Positions 1 through 14,169 of a stretch of DNA of 64,000 nucleotides are shown in pieces; positions within the stretch are counted from its first letter, which is position 1, and the number at the start of each line of letters is the position of its first letter. This DNA comes from the human T2T-CHM13v2.0 reference genome, Homo sapiens. The stretch is from assembly GCF_009914755.1 (NCBI RefSeq), contig NC_060939.1; one strand, written 5' to 3'. Below the pieces are notes generated by a model, which saw only the letters and a program-made list of their open reading frames with translations, was not told the DNA's origin and searched no databases. Made by a program: the position numbers and the translations under genes.

Positions 1-264
1 GGGCATCATGGAAATGGCACGATTCCCACTTGTTAACATAATAAACATATATGTCACCCTCTGACAGACATCCCAAGCCTTATTATTAAGTTGACATCTG
101 ACTCAAATGAGTCTATCAAATTATAGCCATTAAAAAAAATGTTCTGCATCTTACTAAACAAGCCACTTCTCAAAAACTTCAACTGGATTGTAATTTCTCC
201 GGAAAACTTAATGGCTTTAAAAAAAACATTTTTCAATAAAAAGTGTTGAGTATACCTGCCAAAT

Positions 265-266
<2 letters not shown>

Positions 267-300
<34 letters not shown>
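267..300. repeat. (CA)n microsatellite
   Basis: Uninterrupted CA run. Confidence 0.95.
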
Positions 301-302
<2 letters not shown>

Positions 303-3300
303 CTCAAACCATCAAGAGATCAAACATTTGTGAACTAAATTTAAAATAAGACAAAATTGAAGTTTTGGAACTTTGACGATTTTTCTTCAGTCTTTTAAAG
401 ACTTAGTTGTGTAAGAGTTAAAATACTGCGCCAGAATGCCCCATCTGAATTAAGAGAAAGCTGAGCTGTGTGTGCAGGAAATCTCTGAAGAATAAGGAAG
501 CCAGGCACATCTTCTCATGTGGCTTTCTGTGAATATGCAGGTGGTTCTGACAATGGGAACTGAATATTAATCCTTTGTAATATATTTCCATCCCTACTAG
601 ATTAAGCTTTCTAGAGAAACTGACTCACATTCCCTGATGCATATGTATCTCTGCTAAAAGCCAAATCCAAATGAGCACTTTTATCCCTAGACAGGGAAAT
701 TCTGTCAAATCAGAGAGGAAACAGATTTTTCATCTAGAAGAACAGTGGGTGGCTTTTTTAGATCCAGTTCTCTCTAGAATTCTCCTATCACATAGTAGTG
801 CACAAACTGTTTAAGGCAGTTGACTCTATACCTTTTTTGGTATCTACCTGGTAACCAGTTTAAACCTTGAGTGAAAGACCTGAACAGCAAGAGAATAAGC
901 TTCCTAATACTTCATCCTACTCATCCAGTGGGTCAGATACTAAATAAGTAAGTTCTCACCCAATAAATGATACCACCAGGATCAGCAATACAATCCTTTT
1001 TTTTTTCTTTTTGTTTTTCCTCTCTTTTGCCTTTGTAAACAACAGAACGTATTTGTTGTTAAGGATTTATGGGGTTATGTGATATCAAGGGCTAACATAA
1101 AGGTAATTGGCTATTTAACCAATGGTTCTCAGTTGGCGTAAGGTCCCTCTAAGATTCTAGAATTAACTACATTTTAAAATATAAAGTCCTTGAAGATTTT
1201 CTAGGACCCTGGGATCAGTAACATTTAACAAAAGTCCTCTTTCTCTAGAATCTCTCGGGGTGGGTTAAATGTCATTTCATATCAGCAGGAAAGAGAACCC
1301 ATTTATTTTGCTAAGTGATTAGACTATGCTCAAGGGAAATTCCTAATAACGTTGTTTCCAACAATGGTGTCCCTTACATAATTCTGGATAATACTAGACA
1401 AAAAAAGTCATCTGACTCACAGAACTGCATACGTATTTTCTTGCGATCAACCTCACTCTAGATACCAATTCCTTTTTTTCTCCTTAACAGGAACAATTAC
1501 GCTACATTTAGGTGAAATCCTCCTTACAGCTGAGAGCACTGGGGTCAACTCTTTGCTTTCATTGCTCAAGGTCTGTTTTTCACAACAGAAAAGAACATCT
1601 TTAAAACCATACCAAATCTGGTGATCTAGTTTCTGCTCAACCGAAAACATCAGAATTACACTTACTGCATTTTATGAAACAATCTTACTTTAACCAATTA
1701 CCCCCAACATTCTCACACCTAAGCCTACGAGAAAACCACTCCACTTTGCAGCTGTCTTAACTTCACACCAAATTTCACATAACCCCACAAATTCTTAACA
1801 ACCATTGATTACTAATTCCACCTGCACAATTTCCATGACCCCCCCCCCCCAAAACTGTGCGGTCACAAAACCCAGCTGCATGAAGTAAGATGTGCAGAAA
1901 TGGGTCAAAATAACAAGAATCCAGATTAAGTCATAAAAGCTTACCAGGCAAAGGAACCCATCATTTCTTTCCATGAGCTCCGATGGCATTCTGAAGATCT
2001 GCTACTGCTCATTGAATAGATGTCACTCAAGAAATATTCCCCAACTAAATAAACTGGATTCATGGTAAAAGATTGGAAATAACTTAGAACATTAAACCTT
2101 GAAAATGCATTTACATCCCTCTATAGCAAGCCCAGAACACTAAAAAGACAACATATTTATAGTCACAGGAACATGGTGTCATGACACCAAAACTTCCTTG
2201 GTCCACAGATCATTTTAGTGGGTGAGGACTGTTAAGAGAATTAGCCCACAGCCTGTATTTCTGCTCCACCTCTGTGCTGTTTTCCATTTCAAAAAAGTGT
2301 CCTTAGAATTAATAAGAGGATGAAGCTTTGGATGAGAGATGAGGGAAGGATCCGGTTTTTATTAAAAATCACAGGCAAATTATTTAGGCTTGCCAGAAGC
2401 GGAAGTGTAAATGTTTTCATATTAACCACTTTAAGATTGTAAGATCTTGAAGAATTAGAACTCCTAGAAATTCAACTAGTTCCTTCACCTCCAGTTTCCA
2501 GGACATGGTCATTAACATCTAAACAAAAAATATGGCAAGTTCTAAGCCTTTCAAATACATCACAGATGTATTTCTGAACTGTGGCTCAATGGTATTTCAA
2601 AAAATTCTCTTTTGTAATGCTTTTCTAAGACAACCAGTTCAGCCAGGCATACTAATGACCAAACAACGTGAGGACTTGTTTCTGACTTTCCCTAAATGCA
2701 TGGTCTTTAAACTTGCTGATTAAAGAAACATTTCCATTCTTAATTACAACATATAAGCTCAACCTGAGAATGGATAGCAATATTTGTGGATAGCTGAAGC
2801 ACAGTTATTTCTGTGCCTATTCCCAAGGGGAAGTGGCAGGAGCTGGTGGCTATTTCTTAGTAGGAAAGGGAAATACAGAAAGAGGCAGCAGAGCTTTGGG
2901 GATTTAAGTAGTTGCGAGACATAAGGAGAAGAAATGCTCTGGACTAAGCTAAGAGATTGTCAGATTTATTTTAAGAAGGTCTGACATCTGAGCATCAATG
3001 CACACACTATAACACCTCATAAATGTCATTTTTTTCCCCAAGAAAACGAAATGTATAGCCTGTGTATTTATCTTGAAGCCACTTATTTTTATGTAAGTCA
3101 TGCACTAGAGGCAAAGTAAGAACACAACAGCCATGTAAAGATATCAAAACGAGGCCCGCACCACTGTCCTTCCTATTCCATTTTCAGTTTCTGCTCCTCT
3201 AGTCCAAGGTGCTTCTTTTGCCTACAGAGACAAACATTTCAGATGACATTCTATGACTGTCCTGAAAACACTGCTATCAGCTATCCACTGTTTGGCAATG

Positions 3301-3585
3301 TGTGTCTCTGTCACTTAAGATAGCTTGAGTGAGTGAGTGTGACATTATCACTGCAATAAGTGAATCTTTCTAATTTGCAGTAAAAGTATACCATTCACAC
3401 ACTTTGGTACTTCAGTACGGCAAGGTTTTGAAATCCATTTCACAAGTGGTGGCAGCACATTTCACATCGGATGGAAACACACTCTGATTGCTAACAGCTG
3501 CTGTGGGCACAGCTTACTGTCAAAGCCAGAGCTCAGAATAGCAGGTCCTTTTTAATGCCAATAGCTGCTACCATCTTAAATGGTA

Positions 3586-4360
3586 ACACAGGCACACACA
3601 CACCACACATACACACACATACCACACATGCACACCGTATGCTCACATGTACCACACATACGTACACTACACACATATACCATGCTCACACACACCACAG
3701 ATGCACACCTCACAGCACAGCACACAGGCACACCTCACACACACGGCACACAGGCGCACCTCACACGGCACACAGGCACATCTCACACATGGCACACATG
3801 CACACCTCACACACAGATGGCACACATGCACACCTCACACACACGGCACGCATGCACACCTCACACACACGGCACGCATGCACACCTCACACACGGCACA
3901 CATGCACACCTCACACACGAGACACGGGCACACCTCACACACATGGCACACGGGCACACCTCCCACACACGGCACACGGGCACACCTCCCACACACGGCA
4001 CACAGGCACACCTCAAACGACACACGGGCACACCGCACACACAAGTCTATTCAGCTGCAAGTCCTGCCTCCACTTGCTGAGAACCTGCATGACTGGGCAC
4101 CAAGGATACGGCACACACACGCACCCACCCCACATACATACAGTCCACACACACACAACACATATACACCACACGCACCACAGATGCACACCACACATGC
4201 CACACACACATACACTGCACACGCACCCTACACACACACCCCACATGCTTACACATACACCTCACCCCCCACCCCCAACATGTGGGCCTACACACGAGTC
4301 CATCCAGCTGCATGTCCTGCCACCACTTGCTGAGAACCTGCGTGACTGGGCACCAAGGAC
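3586..4360. repeat. CA-rich minisatellite (about 24-26 bp unit ggcacacatgcacacctcacacacac) with a duplicated 70-bp unique block
   Basis: Tandem degenerate units span about 3700-4045. The block cagctgca.gtcctgcc.ccacttgctgagaacctgc.tgactgggcaccaagga occurs at about 4037-4106 and again at about 4290-4359 (offset 253). Confidence 0.9.
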
Positions 4361-4504
4361 ACAGAAAGGATACACAGAACCCACCAGCGCACCTCGTCTT
4401 GTTACGTTAGCTTCACTGCATAGGAATTAAGGATGAAAGTGAAAACTTTTTTTTTTTTTTTTTTTTAAGGAAAAAGGAGAGAGTTGATTATGACCTTGAA
4501 GACA

Positions 4505-4725
4505 AAGTGTAGAGATTTGATTTGCAAAATCTAGAGTCTGGGGTTGAATCTCTACCCTGACATTTGTTAGCTATGAGAACTTGGACACTTTCTTAATCTC
4601 TCTGTGCCTCAGTTTCCTCACCTTTAAAACGAGCCCTATCTCATTATTACAGGGTACACAAGTAAAGTGCCTGTAGCATCAGTGCCCACCACATAGTAAG
4701 TGCTCCATAAATGTTAGCTATAATC
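4505..4725 (+). mobile_element. MIR SINE
   Basis: MIR core ttaatctctctgtgcctcagtttcctca and 3' end cacatagtaagtgctccataaatgttagcta. Confidence 0.75.
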
Positions 4726-4738
4726 ATCATCACTGTCT

Positions 4739-5006
<268 letters not shown>

Positions 5007-8000
5007 ATCACTGTCTATCTTTTAAGGATGATAGTATTTGGCAGGGGCTGCAGCTGGAGTTGAGGGAACTATCAGAAGAATGAAGGATAGGTCACTGTAT
5101 TCCTTTTGTTGTATAACGACATGGAGTTTAGCAGCTTTATTTCTAACACAGAGGCCTAATGTGAGAAACAACACTAACCAGGGCACGATAGAAAGAAACC
5201 AGTGTTTCTTTCTAGGGAAAGCCCACAGTGAGGCTGGCATCTTGGAGAGGTGGTAAGTGGAGGAAGTGGGAGAGAGGCCTCACACACTGGTAAAGTGGGG
5301 AAAAGACTGAACTACAGGGTTCGGAGGCTCTCACAACTGCCTGTGCAGTGAGCAAAATTCACCAAATGCCTGTAACGCTTTGTGACCCTCTTTCTCCAGA
5401 GCTCAGCCTCCTCTTCTGTTCTTAGGCATAGTGCTGCACTACATAATCTTCCAGAGCCAGTCCTGCTGTATTACACTGTGATGTGAAGAGTGAGCTGAAC
5501 TCTCATTTCCCCAACAGGGACCTCTTTTTATGGCAAAACCCAGCAGGTTTCATCTCGTCAGGGAAAAGGGATAGAAAGTGGAAGAGAATTCTACCTAGTA
5601 ACTAATTTTTCATTTTCATTGGTTTAGGAAAGGAAATACAATGAACTGTTCTCTTCGAGATCCAGAATAAAAGTTCTGGCAGCTAGAACACCGTTTTTAT
5701 ACACCGAACCCCTCGTGCTCTCCCTGCTTTTTTTTGTTGTTGTTGTTGTGCTTAATGTTAGAAAATAACATTACTACTATGAAACGAAGAGAATTTTTTT
5801 TCAAAACCATGTCTTGCCATTACAGATGAGACAAGGCAACACCATGCTGATACGCTGTTGATGTAAAAATAAAAGTTTTTTTTCCCTTCAAAGTAAACAA
5901 GTTAATTGAACGTGCTAGGACAGAGTTAGGTTATTTTTTTTTCCCCTCTCTTTGAAGGCCACTAATTGTGCCCTTTTGCTTTAAATCAATAGAGGCAAAG
6001 CCCACAGCAGATAGTGTCAGTAATGCAAATCCATTTCCTATTGTAATTCACTTTTCAGAACAAAACCTTTTCCATCAGCAAAGCATTTTAGAACCTCAAG
6101 CTACACTGTTCCCACCTGCAACTGTCTAAGGTATTGGAGGTCAAGGACAGTCCAAGGCCAAGTCAAGGACCATCAGGACACAGAGGAGTAACTTCTGAGG
6201 CAGCCCCCGGTGGTAACATAAAAGCTTAATATGCATCAGACAAGTGCCTTCGCTGTGAGATGTTGGGGAACCAAGCCCAGTGGGGTGGCTGGCGTCAGCT
6301 CAGTGTTCCAGAAAAGCCAAACTGTTCACCACGACTTGCCCTGATTTTGCCTTCACTGCTATTCAAAGAGGCCTGAAGCAGTTACTGAAAGCAATTCCAA
6401 GAAATTGAGTTAAAAAAAGAAAATTAAAGTTTAGAAAAAAATCATTTGAATAAGTGCGTAGACTTACAAATAAATTCTGAATGGAACAGAATATTTGGGG
6501 GGTTCATAACCTTTGGTATATTTGTTTTAAAAACCAGCCGCACCTCAAACACACCCACCAACAATGAGACGAATGGCTAGCACTTATGAGGAATTATTAT
6601 TCATTTAAAATACCCTTTAAACTATGTCACAAAGATAAATTTGTTTAGTCCTTACCTGTCCCCACGCTTCAAAATAAACCATAATATTTCTATTGAAGCC
6701 AGTTTCTTGTTCTTGGAATCAGCTTTTTGAGTTGTCAGTTAGGCTAGATGAGCTGATTAGTATGGAACTTAACACTGTCAGTAGCAAAACAGGTGCTCTA
6801 TCAGAGAAATATCAATCCATTTTAGGAATGTTTTTGAGAGTGAACTGTGGTATCTATGAGAGAAAAATCAAGCCTTTTCCCTCTTCTGGTCTGCTACGGT
6901 AAATGGTGTGACACAAGGATGTTTCACTGCCCAATTAGCGTGGTCCATTTTAAAGTGAATCTGTTATTTTCCTTTCCTTCCTCATTCTTGACTTTTAGAC
7001 ACTGCAAGTTAACCTCAAAGAATGTCTTCTTTGGGCATAATTTTACAAATATTCTTTAAGATCCTTTATCACATTTCAAAGCACTTTGCGAAAACAAAAT
7101 GTCCTCAGTGGGGCAGGCGAGATCTCAGGAATAGTGATAGAATTCATTTTAAATAAGTCTGTGTGATTTTTCTACTGTATCATTTCAGGGACTTTGCTTA
7201 AAGAGGCTTTAAGGAAGAACTTAAAATGGAGAAAGCCAACTTTTGAACGTGGTGATCAGGTTGCCTTCAGTCTCTTCTACGTCAGGGAGTCAAGGGGCTG
7301 TGGAACCATCCGTTCCACCTGCTACATGCTTTCTCACCCTTCTTCTAACCTGACAAATACTATGTGGCATCTCCATCATGGTTGACATTGCTAGGCCCTA
7401 CCTTATTCAACTCTAACTGAAAAATGGGGAGCAAGAAGGGATTATGTAAGAAAAAATGAAAAACTTTGAGGGCCAACTAACAGATTTCCTAAACTAATGA
7501 TGTATTTTAATATTCCAGGGATTTGATTTAGGACAAATTGTTATTTGGATGGATGCTTGTCTATTGAGAGAGTAATTGTTAAACTAAAGGAAACTGGTCA
7601 CAAATACTTTAGCAATGGCTATAAATGACCAGTGGGCCAAGGATTTTGAGATCGTGAGAGACTTCTCCGGGAATGTTGTCATTCATTTCACTCCAGTGTG
7701 GCTCTTTTCCTCCATCTGCGGTAAGCCAAAACAGTTCCCAGGAGAAACAGATAGAGACAGGAAAATAGGTAGCAGTTCTGTATAGTCTTCACTAACAGCT
7801 CATAAACCTTAAAAAAATGGGATTTTAATAAAGCCCATTTTTATATTTTTAAACATAAAATGGAATAAAATGATAGTTCCAAAGGACTTCCTGTGGGGAA
7901 AGCTTCAATGTCACAACTAAAATTTACATCCAATTCCCCAGCACACCCTTGTCCTCAACCCGAGTTTGCGTAACAGAGGTTTGCTGAGCCTGGAAACAGG

Positions 8001-8578
8001 GAATTCTGTGTGACTGCAGTAAAAGCACCAAGCGGCCTCATGATCAAACTCTCCTGCCTCTTAGTGATTTCTGAACTGGTGGCTGAAGTCAGAATTGTCC
8101 GTGATTACTATCAGATTATGACAATGAAAGTCACCATTCTGTGTTCTTTTGAGCAGGATTTTCCCTCGTGTTGTCCCTCCCTTCAGCTTCCCACACTCAC
8201 TGCTTGCGTAGCATTTTGTTAGGGGAGTAGCAGTTCTGACACAACCAAAGATGTGTACGATCAACAGTGGGGTAATGTGGATAACTGACACGTACTGTGG
8301 GCGTGGAGATGCTCCTATGTTGTGGTGGATGATAGCCTTCGAATGCTCTTTGTTGTCTTCATTGTCATCCACTCTATTAATGTTCTAGAAGAAAGCTAGT
8401 GGCCAATATTTTCTTCCAACAAATTCACTGGCTCCAGGAACCTTGACACCAAAATGAGGATTGAGCGTCAAAGTTCTTATGTTGTCATTGCCCCAAACTA
8501 CTTGGAGCTACTTCTTATGCAGCTGCTCTCAGTGCCAATGAGATAAGACACAGCTGTACTTTATAGTCCCTCTCCTCC

Positions 8579-9010
<432 letters not shown>

Positions 9011-9876
9011 TGAAAACATTGCTGAAGGAGGTGAAAGCCATTTCAGAAGAAGAGTTATATATTAGCTTTTGGCAGTGACAGCGTTATGGGCACGGACATT
9101 CAGCCTTTCCAGTTGACTGCTTTGAAGGGGCAATGTTCACGTGGAAGTATACCTCCTAGTACGTTTGCTAAAATAAAATCAGCTTCATTACCTAATAACA
9201 TAAATGACTTTGGGAGAAAACTCTGAGTCTCATGTTTTATTTTTCCTGATAATGCTGTTCAATTAGGGCAGACTTTGTGGAAATTCTGATTTCATTACCC
9301 ATCACTGCTGCATGAAAATACGCTTTCTGAAGTCACGCTCTGAAAGAAACTAAGTTGTTTGCTACAACTACCCCTACACAGAAATTAGAAAATTATATGA
9401 GAAGAAGTTTACTTCAGCCTGCAGTTGGGACACAGGTTATTACTGAAAGTAGTCGTCGGCATGGTTTCTGGTTTCACAGTAAAAGAAGACGACTTGAAAG
9501 GACTCAGTGGTTTTGATGCTCTTCTGAAATGAAAACACTCAGTGAGCACATAGCATTGGGTTGTCATTAATGTCAGCCAAGCGAAAACACTGTCTCCATG
9601 AACACTGCAGTCATTTCCCCGCCGAGACCATGACTTTCCACTCCCTGGCATTTCGGGCACTGTGCTAGTACTTTTCCAAAAGAGACTCTTAAGGCAATTC
9701 ATTCTAGATAATCAAACACACACAACAGTCTTAAATGAATAGGTGGCCTGAATTTGCTAAAGTCAGCCAACAATTTCCAGGGGAGAATGTGTTATTTTCT
9801 GAGAAATACTGTAAGGCAATGATGAAACCCTCAAGTGCTGGGAGGCACGAAGTATAACTACTACACTTCACGGTAA

Positions 9877-10178
<302 letters not shown>

Positions 10179-11264
10179 AATAGCATTAGTTTAAAATCAT
10201 GTTGTGGATAAAAATGTAATCAAGTAGCTTTACATTGCTCTTATTAAACTTGATACACACAGTTTAACATGGTCTTGTGGAAGAAAACAGGAAAAATCTC
10301 TGGCATTCTCGATATGTTCTATGATATGTAGCAGCTCTTATGTTCTGTGTCTGTCGCCTATTTTGTAAACAGGCAACAAAACACCATACTTCATCCCAAA
10401 GTTACGAGAAACAAGGAATTAAGCATGTTGTGTTGGATGGAGTTAATGATATAACGTTAAAAAATAACCCCACAGTTTCCATCTACTCTCTTGCTCTCTG
10501 CAATCAAGCTGGGCATGAGAGAAGAAAATAAAGTGATTTTCTTAGGTAGCGAGCAAGTGTTGGAAAGTGGCATTTACTATATCACCAGGGCATATTTGTT
10601 GTTGTTATTTTTCCTCCCCCATTCATTGCCCATGAATTAATTTAAGAAACAAGGCATCACGGAATAGGCTAAATATAAAAGAGTATTTGCTATGTTTTTT
10701 AGTGTCAAACACTATAAGACCAAGGTACTAAACTTTGAATGAGAAAATATTCTGCAGTTTCTCAGGATCTCACATGTTTGTCATACTTCTTACAGTGGTA
10801 GTATACTATTTTTAATATCACTTTTATATTGCCGTGATTTTTAAACACCAAGGTAAATTCTCACAGAAAGATTGCCTGGGGATAGGTATGTGTGTGTGGG
10901 AGGGAGGATCTGGTGATACTCATATGGTAATCTTTTTATTTCATCCATTTTCTCTGCTTTCAAATTATAAATTCAAACTATAACGTCACTCTCCACCCCC
11001 TCCCATCTCCTTCCCAATCAACAAAACAAACAATAAAATTCATATTTTACTATGTGTATTGTGAAACAGCCTACAATAGGACACCAGTGCTTTTTAAAGT
11101 CCTACTTTTTATAAAGGGTCTGATTTTCTTCTGGCCATCAACTGAATTGTAAGGACAACATAGCTCATTTTATGAAACGAAAGTGATATTAAAAAACTAA
11201 GTGGCTGAAGATGTAATTGTCTATATGTGAGCTGCTTCCGACCTTGAAAAAAGTGTAGAAGAGG

Positions 11265-11570
11265 GGCCGGGCGCGGTGGCTCACGCCTGTAATCCCAGCA
11301 CTTTGAAAGACCATGGTAGGTGGATCATGAGGTCAGGAGTTCAAGACCAGCCTGGCCAAGATGGTGAAATCCCATCTCTACTAAAAATACAAAAATTAGC
11401 CAGGTGTGATGGCACACGCCTATAATCCCAGCTACTCGGGAGGCTGAGGCAGAGAATTTCTTGAACCTGGGGGATGGAGGTTGCAGTGAACCAAGATCGT
11501 GCCATTGCACTCCAGCCTGGGCAGCAGAGTGAGACTCCGTCTCAAAAACAAACAAACAAACAAACAAAAA
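11265..11570 (+). mobile_element. Alu (AluS-like) with (CAAA)n tail
   Basis: ggccgggcgcggtggctcacgcctgtaatcccagc through gagactccgtctc plus A-rich tail. Confidence 0.95.
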
Positions 11571-13689
11571 ACCAAGAGGCACATTTAAGACTTGAAATTT
11601 AGATGGAAATTTTAAAGTTTTAAGTTGTTCATATTCTACCCCAAACACATTCATCTCAAAAAATAATATTTAAAGCCATAGAATTTATAATTTATGCGTC
11701 AATAGTTTCTCCTTTAAGTGGTCACCAAAAAGATATCAAACTTTTTTTGCTATAAGAGCATATTTAAAAAATATCAATGAAAGTGTTACCAGTTTTCAAT
11801 CCTCCTCACTTGGACATTAAAGGGATTAAAGTTATTGTCAGCACACACATGGATCAGCTTTCAATGGAAAAAAATTAATGTTTTTTGATGTTGTTTCTTT
11901 TCCTTAAGGCTTAAGGACACTAGGAGAAAGACATAAATAGAAGTATATATTATCATCTAGATGGTGACTCTCCAAGGGGATGATGAGGGAAAAGAAGTAA
12001 TGCTACCCTAATTCTGAAATAATAAAAGCTTAAGCAATGAATGGCTGAATTCACACCTCAAAATTTCATGGAAGACAGGCATACAAAGATAAGCTTTCAA
12101 AATTGAATGAACTCATTACCACAATTAAAGAAAACAAAAAGAAACATTTTGCATAACTGCTGGTTTTGCTGCTCCTTCTGCTAATTTAGTTTGTCTGGAA
12201 GAGCCACTGTGTGGACCACCCATGCTTCAATGCACTTAACCAATACCTTTAGAAGAAAACAGGATAGCTACAAAGTCATAAAAAGTGGTATCTTTTTATG
12301 TTTCAGATTTCCATAAGGCGATTTCACAGTATTGCAGAGTGAAATCAATTAAGAAATAACTATAGCTATATAGGGAATATGCAACACATTAATATATTTA
12401 TGGAGACTATATCTAGGCACATTTATTTTCAGCATTTGAAAATTACTGGTGAGAGTGAGTAACGTCCCTTCCCTGTTGTTTTGATAATCTCATGTCTTTT
12501 AAGCAAAAGGAAATGTATACTGCAAAATAGCTTTACCACTCTGACCTCAATATGGAGTAAAATGACAGATAACAAGCAGAAGCCGGTCAGTTTCACAAGT
12601 AAGTGATTCTGATGCTTTGGCTCATCCTGGTCCCTGCTCGGTTCCCACATCCTCATCTGGCTGACTTAGTTAAAACCTGCCATTTCTAAAGTTTAAGAAA
12701 TTAAACATAGTTTGGGAGTACAAAGAGCCATCTTTGCTCTGATCTCATTAACAACCTCATAAGAGTTCATTTCCCTCACTAACTGTCCTCAGGAATGAAA
12801 GTTAAAAGACCTTGAATAATTTTTCCTACCGCCCCACAATGATACTGTACTACTGTCCTCTTTCCTGGTCTGAAACTCCTCTGGAAAGAGATGCACAGCC
12901 TCTAGTAAATCATAGTTTTTGTTTTGTTTAGTGTACTCTAAAGAGCTACATGGAACCTTTTAAATCATTCAATGCCAGGTCCATAAAGACCTCTGTGATT
13001 AACAAATCAAACCCCTTTCTTTTCAGTCAAGGCACCTGAGACTGAGAGGTAAAGTGACTGTCCTAAGGTTACCAAGCTTGGGCAAGACCAAGGTGATACT
13101 GCCACCATCTGTTCATTCTCCTGCCACCTTTTCAACTGGGGTTTATCCCAACCTCCTCATTTCACAGAGAAAAACAGAACCAGTGTGAACAGAAACAATT
13201 CACTTGGGAAGAGTGAGCCGAGGCTCTTTTATCAGTGTAGGTGGTTGAACTTCGGTAGCCACAGGGGACCTGACTTTGAGGACACAAAACACAGGATCCT
13301 TCGTGGTTCACAGTGGTGGTGTTAGGGAGAGGCAGTGAGCCTTGCATCATAGGTAGAACACGATGCAGCTGCAGGTGCAGAGAGTTATCAGGGAGAGAAG
13401 GGCCCAGAAGACTGGGAAAATGATAGTGGTGTCAAACAGGAAAATTACACTGAAATTACACCATGTCTTTTTACATTTTCCTCAGTCTCCGTCTGAGCCA
13501 CAAGTGCACTGCAGTCATTTCAGAGATACAGAAGCTTATCTTGCTTTTTGAAAAGTTTTTCTTAATATTTGTCCTAGGGTCCACAGGAAATGAAAAACCC
13601 AAGGCATCCCTCGCCCTCTCCCCGCAAGTCACCTGCTATGAATACCTGCATTCATTCTACAAAGCCTTTATCAGTCCCTGGAATGCCAC

Positions 13690-13825
13690 GTATTTATTAG
13701 CTGTCTCCACACATTAAGAATAAGATGTATAGAGCAGGAACCTGTCATTCTTCTCCATCCTGTCTTCCCAGTGCCTGCCTCAGTGCCTGACACATAGCAG
13801 GTGCTCCAAAGGAATAAATAAATTA
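13690..13825 (+). mobile_element. L2 LINE 3' end relic
   Basis: cccagtgcctgcctcagtgcctgacacatagcaggtgctc...aataaataaa, typical of an L2 tail. Confidence 0.6.
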
Positions 13826-14169
13826 GGAAATCCTACCACCTGCTTCTAGCATGTAATATCTACTACCCTGGAGTGGAATGAAAGGGTTATTAAAATACCC
13901 AATGACAGCCTCAGGTCTTTCCTTCTAGTGTGGAAACTACAGCAAGAACCAACACAAATTAAAGTGTCTAAAAAAATCAATTGGGGCAGGCATCTTCTTC
14001 TGAACTACATTTACTAGAGCCTGCCACCCACAGATGTCAAAGGAATTCACAGGATTAAAAGAAAAGGCTGGAGGTGAGAAAGTTAATAACTACTCTTGTG
14101 ACATCTAGGGCTGGGCTACAAGTGGTCAGCACATGGACCTCTCCATATATGTTGTCAGATGTCAAGGAG

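Noticed and set aside
3555-4430. Long His/Thr-rich ORFs (291, 228 and 166 aa) and their Cys/Val-rich antisense ORFs
   Set aside because: They are translations of the CA-rich minisatellite, which is open in several frames because it lacks stop codons.
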